DNA of 64,000 nt from Crocinitomicaceae bacterium (GTDB lineage: Bacteria > Bacteroidota > Bacteroidia > Flavobacteriales_D > Crocinitomicaceae): the NCBI GenBank assembly GCA_030730025.1, contig JANQWC010000003.1, positions 47,551 through 111,550 on the forward strand. Reading direction: 5' to 3'. How positions within the stretch are numbered: the first letter of the stretch is position 1; each line of letters begins with the position of its first letter. The translations under genes were made by a program, and so were the position numbers. Under the pieces are notes generated by a model that searched no databases, was not told the DNA's origin, and saw only the letters and a program-made list of their open reading frames with translations. Below, piece after piece: positions 44,741 to 53,509 of the stretch.

Positions 44741-45472
44741 TTACTCAGCGCGTCGCAAAACAAAGTTTTGTCCTAGGTATACTTTTCTGACTTGTTCGTC
44801 TGCAGCCAATTCTTCGGCACTGCCAGACTTCAAGATTTTTCCTTCAAACAAGAGATAAGCGCGGTCTGTGATCGAGAGGGTTTCTTGCACGTTGTGGTCG
44901 GTAATTAAGATGCCGATATTGCGCTTTTTAAGTTCAGAAACGATGGCTTGGATGTCCTCTACAGCGATTGGGTCTACGCCAGCAAAGGGTTCGTCTAGCA
45001 ACACAAATTTGGGATCGGTAGCGAGCGCACGCGCAATTTCGGTGCGTCGTTTTTCACCGCCTGAAAGTCGGTCACCGAGGTTTTTGCGCACATGTGTGAG
45101 GCTGAATTCGGAGAGGAGGCGTTCTAATTTGGCTTCGCGGTCGGCTTTATTGAGCGGCCCCATTTCTAAAATAGCCATGATGTTATCTTCTACGCTGAGC
45201 TTGCGAAAAACCGAAACTTCTTGTGGTAAATAACCCAGACCTAATTGGGCTCTTTTGTACATGGGCATTTTGGTAATTTCGATGTCGTCTAGAAAAACTT
45301 GCCCGGTATCGGGCTTTACCAAGCCGACCATCATGTAAAATGAGGTGGTTTTACCGGCACCGTTTGGCCCTAATAAGCCTACGATTTCACCTTGATTGAC
45401 CTCAACGCTCACGCCATTGACCACCGCCCGACCACGGTAAGATTTACAGATATCAAGGGTTCGGAGTTTCAT
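44741..45472 (-). CDS. lptB: LPS export ABC transporter ATP-binding protein
   Basis: It has Walker [10 protein letters not shown], the signature LSGGEKRR and Walker B FVLLDEP. The LptB-type C-terminus is [10 protein letters not shown]. Confidence 0.95.
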   Translation of the reverse strand: MKLRTLDICKSYRGRAVVNGVSVEVNQGEIVGLLGPNGAGKTTSFYMMVGLVKPDTGQVFLDDIEITKMPMYKRAQLGLGYLPQEVSVFRKLSVEDNIMAILEMGPLNKADREAKLERLLSEFSLTHVRKNLGDRLSGGEKRRTEIARALATDPKFVLLDEPFAGVDPIAVEDIQAIVSELKKRNIGILITDHNVQETLSITDRAYLLFEGKILKSGSAEELAADEQVRKVYLGQNFVLRRAE

Positions 45473-45474
45473 TT

Positions 45475-46257
45475 TTATGTTATTTTTTCTTGCTTCACCA
45501 CCCGTTTAGCAACTAAAATACTCAGCTCAAAAAGGAGGTAAATGGGAATGGTCACGATGACCTGAGAAATGACGTCTGGAGGGGTAATGACCGCAGCCAA
45601 GATGAGGATCACAACGATGGCGTGTTTGCGGTACTTGATGAGAAAGTCGGGGGTAAAGAGTCCGATTTTGACCAATAGGAAGGTGACAATCGGAAACAAG
45701 AAGAACAAGCCAGTGTAAAAAACAGTAGACAGAATGGTACTCATGTAAGAAGCGATCGTAACGTCGGTTTTGATTTCGGGCGTGATCTGAAAAGCACCAA
45801 AGAATTGTACACTCAGTGGCGCCACTATATAATAACCGAAGAGAATGCCTAAGAAAAAAAGCAAACTGACATAAAACACGATGCCTTTTGCCATGTTTTT
45901 TTCATTGCCTTTGAGCCCCGGCTTGATAAAAGCCCAGAGTTGATAGAAAATATAGGGAAAGGCCAAAACGACTCCACCCATAATACTCATCATGAGGGCA
46001 TAAGAAAATTGACCTGCGAGTGTAGTGCTTTGGAAATCTACGTTAATTGGATCTACGCAAACACCGAGGTATTTACAAAGCAAATCGAAGGTGATGAAGT
46101 GAGGGTCTACCATATTGAGGAAGACATTTTCCATGATTTCCCGTTGGTAGATCCAGATCACGGTCGAAAAGATGATCACTGCTACGGCTGCCCTGAGCAA
46201 GCGCCAGCGGAGTTCTTCTAGATGATCTAAAAATGACATTGGTTGGTCCTCAGACAT
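45475..46257 (-). CDS. tatC: twin-arginine translocase subunit TatC
   Basis: [15 protein letters not shown], six TM segments and TPPDVISQ are present. Confidence 0.9.
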   Translation of the reverse strand: MSEDQPMSFLDHLEELRWRLLRAAVAVIIFSTVIWIYQREIMENVFLNMVDPHFITFDLLCKYLGVCVDPINVDFQSTTLAGQFSYALMMSIMGGVVLAFPYIFYQLWAFIKPGLKGNEKNMAKGIVFYVSLLFFLGILFGYYIVAPLSVQFFGAFQITPEIKTDVTIASYMSTILSTVFYTGLFFLFPIVTFLLVKIGLFTPDFLIKYRKHAIVVILILAAVITPPDVISQVIVTIPIYLLFELSILVAKRVVKQEKIT

Positions 46258-46359
46258 GCAGTAAAATTAAGGATTTATTCCGGAAATGAGCAATGAAAAG
46301 AAGAACGTAAATTGTTTACGATGTGCTAACTGAACTTTGTATCATCAAAACGAAACGCC

Positions 46360-46671
46360 ATGAATAAGAAATTTGCAATTCAACACATTTGGTTTAACAA
46401 CCAAGACGCAGAGGTGACACTTGTAGGACTCATGCAAGATGACATTTTAGTCTATGAATCTAAGTTGGTCATTAAGATGTCTCAGCTCAATGGCGTTGTG
46501 TCAAAGCTGCAAAAAACAGCAGGCATTGAAGTGAGCGAGTACATGTGCAGATTTGAGCTCGGCTTTATTACCGAATACGAAATCAAATTCCCGAAGAGTG
46601 TACAACACTTTATGGACCTACAAGATATTATCGGTGCAGATCAGAATTTGGTCAGAAGAATTGTTGCTTAA
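46360..46671 (+). CDS. hypothetical protein
   Basis: A 103-codon ORF with an ATG start and no overlap with other genes. No motif recognised. Confidence 0.45.
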   Translation: MNKKFAIQHIWFNNQDAEVTLVGLMQDDILVYESKLVIKMSQLNGVVSKLQKTAGIEVSEYMCRFELGFITEYEIKFPKSVQHFMDLQDIIGADQNLVRRIVA

Positions 46672-46675
46672 AAGC

Positions 46676-47044
46676 TTAAGGCTGGATGAAAATGGTTTCT
46701 TCGTTTACTTTTTCGGCCTCAATTTTGATGATGCCTTGTCCAGTTTTGTTGCCTTTTTGTGCTTTGATATCGAGCACAGCTACCCCTGCCTGACCTAATT
46801 GATACAATTCGTTGTAATTGAAAGTAGCAAGGCCATTTACGTTGGTGTAAGCGGTGTCGAATACAGCAACTTGTTGTGGCGTGCTTTGGGTGTTGGTACC
46901 GTACAAAACAACCATGGCGTTTGAAACACTTGCGTTGGTTTCATCTTTGACATAAATATGCGCAACGGTATCCATTTTTTTACGACAAGCACTTAAAGAG
47001 ACAAGTGTCGTAGCTGCAACAGCAAATAATAGAATCTTTTTCAT
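46676..47044 (-). CDS. small lipoprotein, member 3 of a tandem paralog triplet (single Ig-like/CarboxypepD_reg-like domain)
   Basis: The lipobox is LVSLSA|C. The layout I.VKD...V..A.V.L....T........T....G.A.F matches the two upstream genes. Confidence 0.6.
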   Translation of the reverse strand: MKKILLFAVAATTLVSLSACRKKMDTVAHIYVKDETNASVSNAMVVLYGTNTQSTPQQVAVFDTAYTNVNGLATFNYNELYQLGQAGVAVLDIKAQKGNKTGQGIIKIEAEKVNEETIFIQP

Positions 47045-47049
47045 GGTGA

Positions 47050-47421
47050 TTAGTTGGGTAAGTAGATGGTCTCAACAGCGGTGGTGTGCACTTTAGCGCG
47101 GGTATAGCCGTAAGCTATTTTGTTGTTGTATTTGACGATGATGTCAAAATAACCCGTTTTGTTGCTTTCGCCTGCTACGGAGAAATATGGATCCATGTCG
47201 AAAGACGTAAATCCGGAAGAATTGGTGAAGGTGGTGTCTACATAAGCCAAAGTAGCTGGGGTAGATTGTTGGTCAGCAATGATAATGACCTTAGCGCCGT
47301 CGATGAGCTGATTAGACGATGAACGAACAAAGACCTTAATAATGGCTGGGTCTGTAGGCTCGCAGCCGCCCAAGATAAAGAGCAGAGAAAGCGCAAAAAA
47401 GCTGGTAAGTATAGTTTTCAT
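47050..47421 (-). CDS. small lipoprotein, member 2 of a tandem paralog triplet
   Basis: The lipobox is FILGG|C (ATG at 47421). IIKVFVRSSSNQLIDGAKVIII...TTFTNSSGFTSFDM parallels its neighbours. Confidence 0.6.
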   Translation of the reverse strand: MKTILTSFFALSLLFILGGCEPTDPAIIKVFVRSSSNQLIDGAKVIIIADQQSTPATLAYVDTTFTNSSGFTSFDMDPYFSVAGESNKTGYFDIIVKYNNKIAYGYTRAKVHTTAVETIYLPN

Positions 47422-47483
47422 AGGTTTTGAATGTCTCAAATTTACATTTTAATTTTTGAATTTTAAAACTTCGAAAGTGCTGT

Positions 47484-47879
47484 TTATTGTATTTGAAGTA
47501 GTACTTGATTGCGTTCTTGTTCCGTAATTTCTGCAAGTGCCTCGCCGGTGAGGCCAAAATAAAAGCCTTTTACTTTGATTTGCATGACGCCAATTTGCCC
47601 CGGTTTGTAAAAAGAACTGAGGTCAAAATAGGCTTTGCCAGAGGCATTTGAAATGGAGCTATCTTGCACGGCGATTGGGTTGTGTGCGGTGTCGGTGGGT
47701 TCTGCCACGAGCCAAACTTTAGCATCTTTAAGGATGGAGCCATTTGCAGTCACTACCGTTACCTCTAAAGTGGTAGGTGGTGTTTCTTTGCAGGACACCA
47801 AAAAAAACACCAAAGCAAGCAGCGATAGAAATGCAGTGGCAGCGATAGTGTTCAGCTTTTTTTTCTTGTACATTTGCAT
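47484..47879 (-). CDS. small lipoprotein, member 1 of a tandem paralog triplet
   Basis: The lipobox is FFLVS|C. LEVTVVTANGSILKDAKVWLV...SSISNASGKAYFDL parallels its neighbours. The start (ATG 47879 or 47873) is uncertain. Confidence 0.6.
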   Translation of the reverse strand: MQMYKKKKLNTIAATAFLSLLALVFFLVSCKETPPTTLEVTVVTANGSILKDAKVWLVAEPTDTAHNPIAVQDSSISNASGKAYFDLSSFYKPGQIGVMQIKVKGFYFGLTGEALAEITEQERNQVLLQIQ

Positions 47880-47946
47880 GAAGACCAAGATTTTTCGTTG
47901 TTAAACAACAAGAAGGGTCAAAAGGTTACAACAGAACCGCTTAAAA

Positions 47947-48966
47947 ATGAATATTGAAGTTTTATCTCTCGAATTAAATCAAGTTCAGCTCCAAGATGAA
48001 CAAGCGCTCGAACAATTCCGCATCCGTTTTTTGGGTTCAAAGAACGTACTCAAAGATTTGTATGCCGCCATTAAAGACATTCCCAACGATCAAAAGCGCG
48101 CTTATGGTCAGCAGGTCAATGCGCTCAAAGAACGCGCCGAACAAATCTACCACGAAGCAAAAGCAGCTTTAACCCAAACCCAAACCACAAGCGCTGCCGA
48201 AGACCTCAGTAGACCCGCAGGCGATGCCAAAATTGGCGCACATCATCCGCTTTCGCTGATCCGCCGCGAAATCATCGAAATATTCAACCGCGTTGGTTTT
48301 GTAGTTTCTGAAGGTCCAGAAATCGAAGACGACTGGCACAATTTCAGTGCGCTCAACTTTCCGCCAGAGCACCCCGCCCGCGACATGCAAGACACCTTCT
48401 TTATTTCAAAAGGGGAAAACGAGCTGGCGCTTCGCACGCACACAAGTAGCGTTCAAGTGCGCGTCATGGAAGACCAAGCACCCCCCATCAGAACCATTTC
48501 TCCGGGACGCGTGTACCGCAACGAAGCTATTTCGGCGCGCGCACATTGCTTTTTCCATCAGGTTGAAGGGCTCTACATTGACAAAGGCGTCTCCTTTGCC
48601 GACCTCAAACAAACCTTATTATATTTTGCGCAGGCACTTTTTGGACCTCAAACCCAAATTCGCATGCGCCCATCTTATTTTCCGTTTACTGAACCCAGTG
48701 CGGAGGTCGATGTATCTTGCTCGCTGTGCAACGCTAAAGGTTGCAATGTGTGCAAGTACACAGGTTGGTTAGAAATCATGGGTTGCGGTATGGTAGATCC
48801 AAATGTGCTCGAAGCCTGCGGCATTGATCCAAAGGTTTATACAGGTTTTGCCTTTGGTATGGGCGTTGAGCGCATTGCGCAGCTCAAATACCGCGTCACC
48901 GATCTGCGTTTGTATTCTGAAAACGACGCGCGTTTCTTGCGTCAATTTAAACCTGGTATGGCATGA
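47947..48966 (+). CDS. pheS: phenylalanine--tRNA ligase alpha subunit
   Basis: HPLSLIRREIIEIF, FSALNFPPEHPARDMQDTFF, LRTHTSSVQVR, FHQVEG and GFAFGMGVERIA are class II aaRS / PheS motifs. Confidence 0.95.
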   Translation: MNIEVLSLELNQVQLQDEQALEQFRIRFLGSKNVLKDLYAAIKDIPNDQKRAYGQQVNALKERAEQIYHEAKAALTQTQTTSAAEDLSRPAGDAKIGAHHPLSLIRREIIEIFNRVGFVVSEGPEIEDDWHNFSALNFPPEHPARDMQDTFFISKGENELALRTHTSSVQVRVMEDQAPPIRTISPGRVYRNEAISARAHCFFHQVEGLYIDKGVSFADLKQTLLYFAQALFGPQTQIRMRPSYFPFTEPSAEVDVSCSLCNAKGCNVCKYTGWLEIMGCGMVDPNVLEACGIDPKVYTGFAFGMGVERIAQLKYRVTDLRLYSENDARFLRQFKPGMA

Positions 48967-49304
48967 GCTGGTTAAATTTCACAAGTTCGAACCATTGGGA
49001 AGAACTCCTGAGTGCTTCTGAGCAAGCGCCTCAACTGATCTTTAAGCATAGCACGCGCTGTTCCATTTCTTCTATGGTCTTGAACCGTTTTGAAGCCAGT
49101 GAATTGTATCGCACAGCTGCACTGCCTTGTTGGTTCCTCGATCTCATTGAATTTCGAGATTTGTCCAACCTGATTGCTGCCGAAACGCAAGTTTGGCATG
49201 AGTCGCCGCAGTGTATCGTCATCGACAAAAGCAAGGTTATTTACGCAGAAAGCCATGGTTCAATAGACGCCAAGGCCATTCAACAATTGATCCTCGACAA
49301 ATGA
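48963..49304 (+). CDS. ytxJ: YtxJ-family (bacillithiol-system-type, thioredoxin-like) redox protein
   Basis: LIFKHSTRCSISSMVLNRFE is the YtxJ signature, with a single redox Cys in the TRCSIS context. It overlaps pheS (ATGA) and the next gene (ATGA). Confidence 0.8.
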   Translation: MSWLNFTSSNHWEELLSASEQAPQLIFKHSTRCSISSMVLNRFEASELYRTAALPCWFLDLIEFRDLSNLIAAETQVWHESPQCIVIDKSKVIYAESHGSIDAKAIQQLILDK

Positions 49305-50380
49305 AAAAAATAATCATCTGGGTATTGGTATTGGGCCTATTAGTTGGCTTTTTGGCACCCCTCTTTAATTCCTCGAGCGACAGCTCAAGCCAAGCAGCCA
49401 CTTTTGGCTTCAAAGAAAACTTAGCCACCACCTACGGCAAAACGATTGCTATTCCACTCAAAGTTACTGAGCACTGCACGGCACTTCAGTTCAAAATTGC
49501 CGATTCAGTAGTGCTAGAGGTACCTAAACCAAAGCAGAAGGAAATTTATTTCTTAGACACCAAAGATTTCAAGCCAGGCGCTTATCTGCTCGATTTACAA
49601 GTGCAAGACGCCGCGGGCAATTTATACACTGAGCAGCGCAACCTGCGTATTTTATCCGATATCAAACCCGAAAGATGGTCTTTGAAATTGGGCGCTACTT
49701 TTACCCACGACACACGCAATTACACGCAAGGCCTGACCTTCTGGAACGGAGAATTGTATGAATCTACCGGCGACCCCAACCAAGATGGCAGCTCGATGGT
49801 TTCCAAAATCAATATGGCAACAGGGCAGCCCATTCAGCAAGGTAAAACCACCTTTAAGCAGCAACTCGATGCCAGCAAATTTGGAGAGGGCATCGCTATT
49901 TTTGGCAATGAAATCTTTCAACTCACATGGAAGAACCAGCAATGCTTTGTTTACGACTTACAAACGTTTCAACTTAAAAGAGAGCTCGCTTACAACGGAG
50001 AAGGTTGGGGGCTTTGCTCTGACGGCAAGCAACTCATTATGTCAGACGGCACCGAGCGCCTTACTTTTAGAGATCCCAAAACCTTCGAAACGCTGCGCAC
50101 TTTAGAGGTCTATTCAGACCAAGGCCCCCTGCCACAACTCAACGAACTCGAGTACATCGACGGGCTCATTTATGCCAATATTTACACGACGAATTTCGTC
50201 GCCGTTATTGAACCAGCGCTCGGAAGGGTCATTGCGCTGATAGATGCCAGTAATTTGGTGGCTGCAGGTAAAGGCAATGGTGAAGTCTTGAATGGCATTG
50301 CCTACAATGAAAAGACAGGCAAAACCTATATGACGGGCAAAAATTGGCCAAAACTCTTTGAAGTAAGTATCATCAAATAA
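49301..50380 (+). CDS. glutaminyl-peptide cyclotransferase, plant/bacterial beta-propeller type, with N-terminal membrane anchor and ~100-aa extra domain
   Basis: YTQGLTFWNGELYESTG, FGEGIAIFGNEIFQLTWKNQQCFVYD, EGWGLCSDGKQLIMSDG, LNELEYIDGLIYANI and LNGIAYNEKTGKTYMTGKNWPKLFEV match type I glutaminyl cyclases. Confidence 0.85.
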   Translation: MKKIIIWVLVLGLLVGFLAPLFNSSSDSSSQAATFGFKENLATTYGKTIAIPLKVTEHCTALQFKIADSVVLEVPKPKQKEIYFLDTKDFKPGAYLLDLQVQDAAGNLYTEQRNLRILSDIKPERWSLKLGATFTHDTRNYTQGLTFWNGELYESTGDPNQDGSSMVSKINMATGQPIQQGKTTFKQQLDASKFGEGIAIFGNEIFQLTWKNQQCFVYDLQTFQLKRELAYNGEGWGLCSDGKQLIMSDGTERLTFRDPKTFETLRTLEVYSDQGPLPQLNELEYIDGLIYANIYTTNFVAVIEPALGRVIALIDASNLVAAGKGNGEVLNGIAYNEKTGKTYMTGKNWPKLFEVSIIK

Positions 50381-50461
50381 CTCAAATACAAAACCTCATG
50401 CGTTCGCGCGCACTTTCTGCAAATTTCTAAGCATCTTTGTAATACATATACCGAATTCTTT

Positions 50462-51283
50462 ATGTTGAATAAAATTAAAAGTACGCTTAGGTTGGTCATT
50501 CCTTTTATCAAGGCCAAACTTTTCTGGAAACATTTTGGCTTGGTCATATTATTTTACTTGGTCATGGTTTTTGCCACTATGCTCTATCTCGATTTTGCCA
50601 CCAACCACGGCGAAAAAATCGCAGTGCCCAATTTGGTTGGTATCTCCGGTGAAAAAGCCAAAAACCGCATTGAAGCGCTCGACCTCACGTATCAAATTGT
50701 AGACAGCATCTACGACCCATCCTTACCGGAAGGCACTGTTGTAGAGCAGCTCGTGGAGCCAACTTCACTTTCTCAGGTCTATGTAAAATCGGGCCGCATT
50801 ATTGGCCTACGGTTATCCAAAAAGAGTCAACTCGTAGAAATGCCGAGTTTGTTGCACAAGCAAATCCAATTTGCGCAAAGTATCCTCGAGCAAAGAGGTT
50901 TGCGTTTCTCTATTCAATACCAACCTACTGCCGAGGCCAATGGTTCGGTCTTAGATCAGCGTTACAAAGGCCGCCGGATCAAAGAAGGCGAGCGCTTGCC
51001 AATAGGTGCCGTGGTTACACTCATTGTGGGGCAAAACGATGAAGGCGAGCCAATTGCTTTGCCCAATTTATTGGGCCTCACGATGTCAGAAGCCAAGTAT
51101 ATTTTTGATACTTTGGGAGTGAGCAGTTATTCGTTCATTTGTCCGGATTGTTTAACGGGTCAAGATTCTGCAGCTGCCCGAATTTTTTCGCAGTCTCCAG
51201 AATATATTGAAGCAACGACCGTTTTTAAATCCACTCAATTTATCCTCTCGATGCAAAAAGGAGGAGACGGACAAAATCCTTAA
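50462..51283 (+). CDS. membrane-anchored stand-alone PASTA-domain protein (three PASTA repeats)
   Basis: A TM anchor (LVILFYLVMVFATMLYL) is followed by three units of the type VPNLVG.S...A...IEALDL.Y. Confidence 0.8.
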   Translation: MLNKIKSTLRLVIPFIKAKLFWKHFGLVILFYLVMVFATMLYLDFATNHGEKIAVPNLVGISGEKAKNRIEALDLTYQIVDSIYDPSLPEGTVVEQLVEPTSLSQVYVKSGRIIGLRLSKKSQLVEMPSLLHKQIQFAQSILEQRGLRFSIQYQPTAEANGSVLDQRYKGRRIKEGERLPIGAVVTLIVGQNDEGEPIALPNLLGLTMSEAKYIFDTLGVSSYSFICPDCLTGQDSAAARIFSQSPEYIEATTVFKSTQFILSMQKGGDGQNP

Positions 51284-51286
51284 TTT

Positions 51287-53509
51287 ATGATGCGTTTATT
51301 ATTTTCAGCTCTTGCCTTATTGCTCTTTTCGCAGACCTGGTCACAGGGCCTTGAAATCGGGCCTATTAGCAGAAATTTTGAGCTCAGCGGTACATCAGGG
51401 CAGCTCAAAAGCACTATAAATACAATCGATAGTACTTTCTTCTATACACCCGACACGCTCAATTTGCCCTTTTTTGATGAATTTTCTTCGGATAAATTTC
51501 AACAATACAGCGCGCAGTACAATGATCCAGGCGTCACTTCGACACTCTACTTTCAACTCCTCGATCCGAGTACACTCGCGCCATTTGCTGCGGCTCAAAC
51601 CTTCACCGACCAAGCTACTTTTCGCCGTACTTTTGATCAAACGACCAGTACTTTTACCGATTCTATCTTTGCTACAACTGCCGTAAAAGTGGCCGATTTC
51701 TCTGCTTTCCCCCTGAGTTTTCAGACGCTGAGCCTTTATCCGCCTTATTACATCTACGATACGATTGGCGTAGTAGACACCCCCGATACCGTTTGGGTGC
51801 AAAACCCAAGTTATGTCCAAGATTCTGCCCGCATTTTCTTTGCTACACTCAACGACCCGAATGCACTCTGGCTAGATGCACACGCTTACCGGAACAACCG
51901 TTTTGCGGTCAATCCGCGCTCGCTGGGCGTTGTTACTTTTGACGGCTTAGACGCCAGTGGGTTCCCCTATGCAATTGGCACAACTTTTACCAATACAGCA
52001 GATTACCTGCATTCAAAACCCTTAGACCTCAGCACGTATACCGCTGCTGATTCGCTCTACTTTTCCTTTTTGGTTCAGCCCGAAGGTCTTGGTGATGTGC
52101 CAGAAGCCACCGATTCTTTGCGCCTAGAGTTTTATGCCAAAGACTTGGGTCAGTGGTTTCATGTTTGGGCCACAGCAGGAGACACCACCGCACCATTTAA
52201 AGTGGTGCACATTCCGGTTTTGGACGCGAAGTTTTTCAAGAAAGGATTTCAGTTCCGCTTCAGTAATTACGGCGCGCTTTCTGGTGCCCTAGACCATTTT
52301 CACATCGATTACGTTCATTTGCGCACGCAATCTAATTTAGCCGATACGCTATTCAAAGATTTTGCATGGGTATACCCTATGAATACACTGTTGCAAGATT
52401 ACACTGCTGTGCCTTGGGATCATTATAAAGCCAGCACGGCCAACCACATGACAACCTCGCTTGCAGTGTCTTTGCACAACGGAAGTTCAAATGCTGAAAA
52501 CAACAGTTCGGCAGGTGCAATTGCTTATAGCTACAATGGTACGCTAACGGCAGGCGGCGGGCTTTTGGGTTCTATTTTATCCAATGGCGAACTCAATTAT
52601 GCACCCCAAACCACCTACAATTCTTTTCATGACATGAGCCCGATTCCTTTTGGAACAAGTTATGTGGGCAATGAACAAGTCTTTCGGGTGAAGGGTACCT
52701 TGAGTGCTCAATTTCCGAACCTCGCTTTGAATGACACAACCGGTTTTTACCAAGTTTTTTCGAACTTTTACAGCTACGACGACGGCAGTGCAGAGGCCGC
52801 TTTTGGTCCAACCGGAGCGCAATCGCGCTTGGCTATACAGTTCGATGCGTACGAGGCCGATTCTTTGATAGGCGTTTCTTTTCATTTTGTGCCTTCTGTC
52901 ATCGATGTCTCGAGCAAATTATTCTTGATCAGTGTTTGGAGCAATGAAAATGGACATCCGGGCACGCTTCTCTACGAAGACGACGTCTTTTTTCCGAGAA
53001 CACCGCTTTACGGCGACGAGCGCGGCATTTTTGTACCATACTATTTTACCGACACACAGAAAGTGAGTGTCCCCGCTTCTTTTTTCATCGGCTGGCGTCA
53101 ACTCGATGCAGAGCGCCTCAATTTAGGTCTCGATAGAAATATAGATCATTCAGATAAAGTGCAATATAGCGTAGACGGCGGCTTCACTTGGCTGACTTCC
53201 TCCTACGAAGGATCTGCCATGCTGCATCCAATCTTCTCTACAGCACTCGATGCGAGTTTAGGACTTTCAAATGAAGCAGTTGCGCCTGCAACCTGGAGCG
53301 TTTTTCCAAATCCAGGTCAAAAGGAAGTGCATGTAGATTTGCCAATTGCTTATCAAGGAAAACAAATTATTTTGTGCGATGCCATGGGTAAGATCCAGGT
53401 GTCTCAGACAGACAGCACTTTTGATATCAGCATGTTGCCAAATGGCGTTTATTTCTTGCGTTGCCCTCAAACAACTTTGGGTACCTTAAAGCTGATCATC
53501 AACAACTAA
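51287..53509 (+). CDS. T9SS cargo with type-A C-terminal sorting domain, large uncharacterised passenger
   Basis: The signal peptide is ...FSQTWS|Q. The C-terminus is WSVFPNPGQKEVHVDL...IILCDAMGKIQV...LPNGVYFLRC...LKLIINN. Confidence 0.75.
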   Translation: MMRLLFSALALLLFSQTWSQGLEIGPISRNFELSGTSGQLKSTINTIDSTFFYTPDTLNLPFFDEFSSDKFQQYSAQYNDPGVTSTLYFQLLDPSTLAPFAAAQTFTDQATFRRTFDQTTSTFTDSIFATTAVKVADFSAFPLSFQTLSLYPPYYIYDTIGVVDTPDTVWVQNPSYVQDSARIFFATLNDPNALWLDAHAYRNNRFAVNPRSLGVVTFDGLDASGFPYAIGTTFTNTADYLHSKPLDLSTYTAADSLYFSFLVQPEGLGDVPEATDSLRLEFYAKDLGQWFHVWATAGDTTAPFKVVHIPVLDAKFFKKGFQFRFSNYGALSGALDHFHIDYVHLRTQSNLADTLFKDFAWVYPMNTLLQDYTAVPWDHYKASTANHMTTSLAVSLHNGSSNAENNSSAGAIAYSYNGTLTAGGGLLGSILSNGELNYAPQTTYNSFHDMSPIPFGTSYVGNEQVFRVKGTLSAQFPNLALNDTTGFYQVFSNFYSYDDGSAEAAFGPTGAQSRLAIQFDAYEADSLIGVSFHFVPSVIDVSSKLFLISVWSNENGHPGTLLYEDDVFFPRTPLYGDERGIFVPYYFTDTQKVSVPASFFIGWRQLDAERLNLGLDRNIDHSDKVQYSVDGGFTWLTSSYEGSAMLHPIFSTALDASLGLSNEAVAPATWSVFPNPGQKEVHVDLPIAYQGKQIILCDAMGKIQVSQTDSTFDISMLPNGVYFLRCPQTTLGTLKLIINN

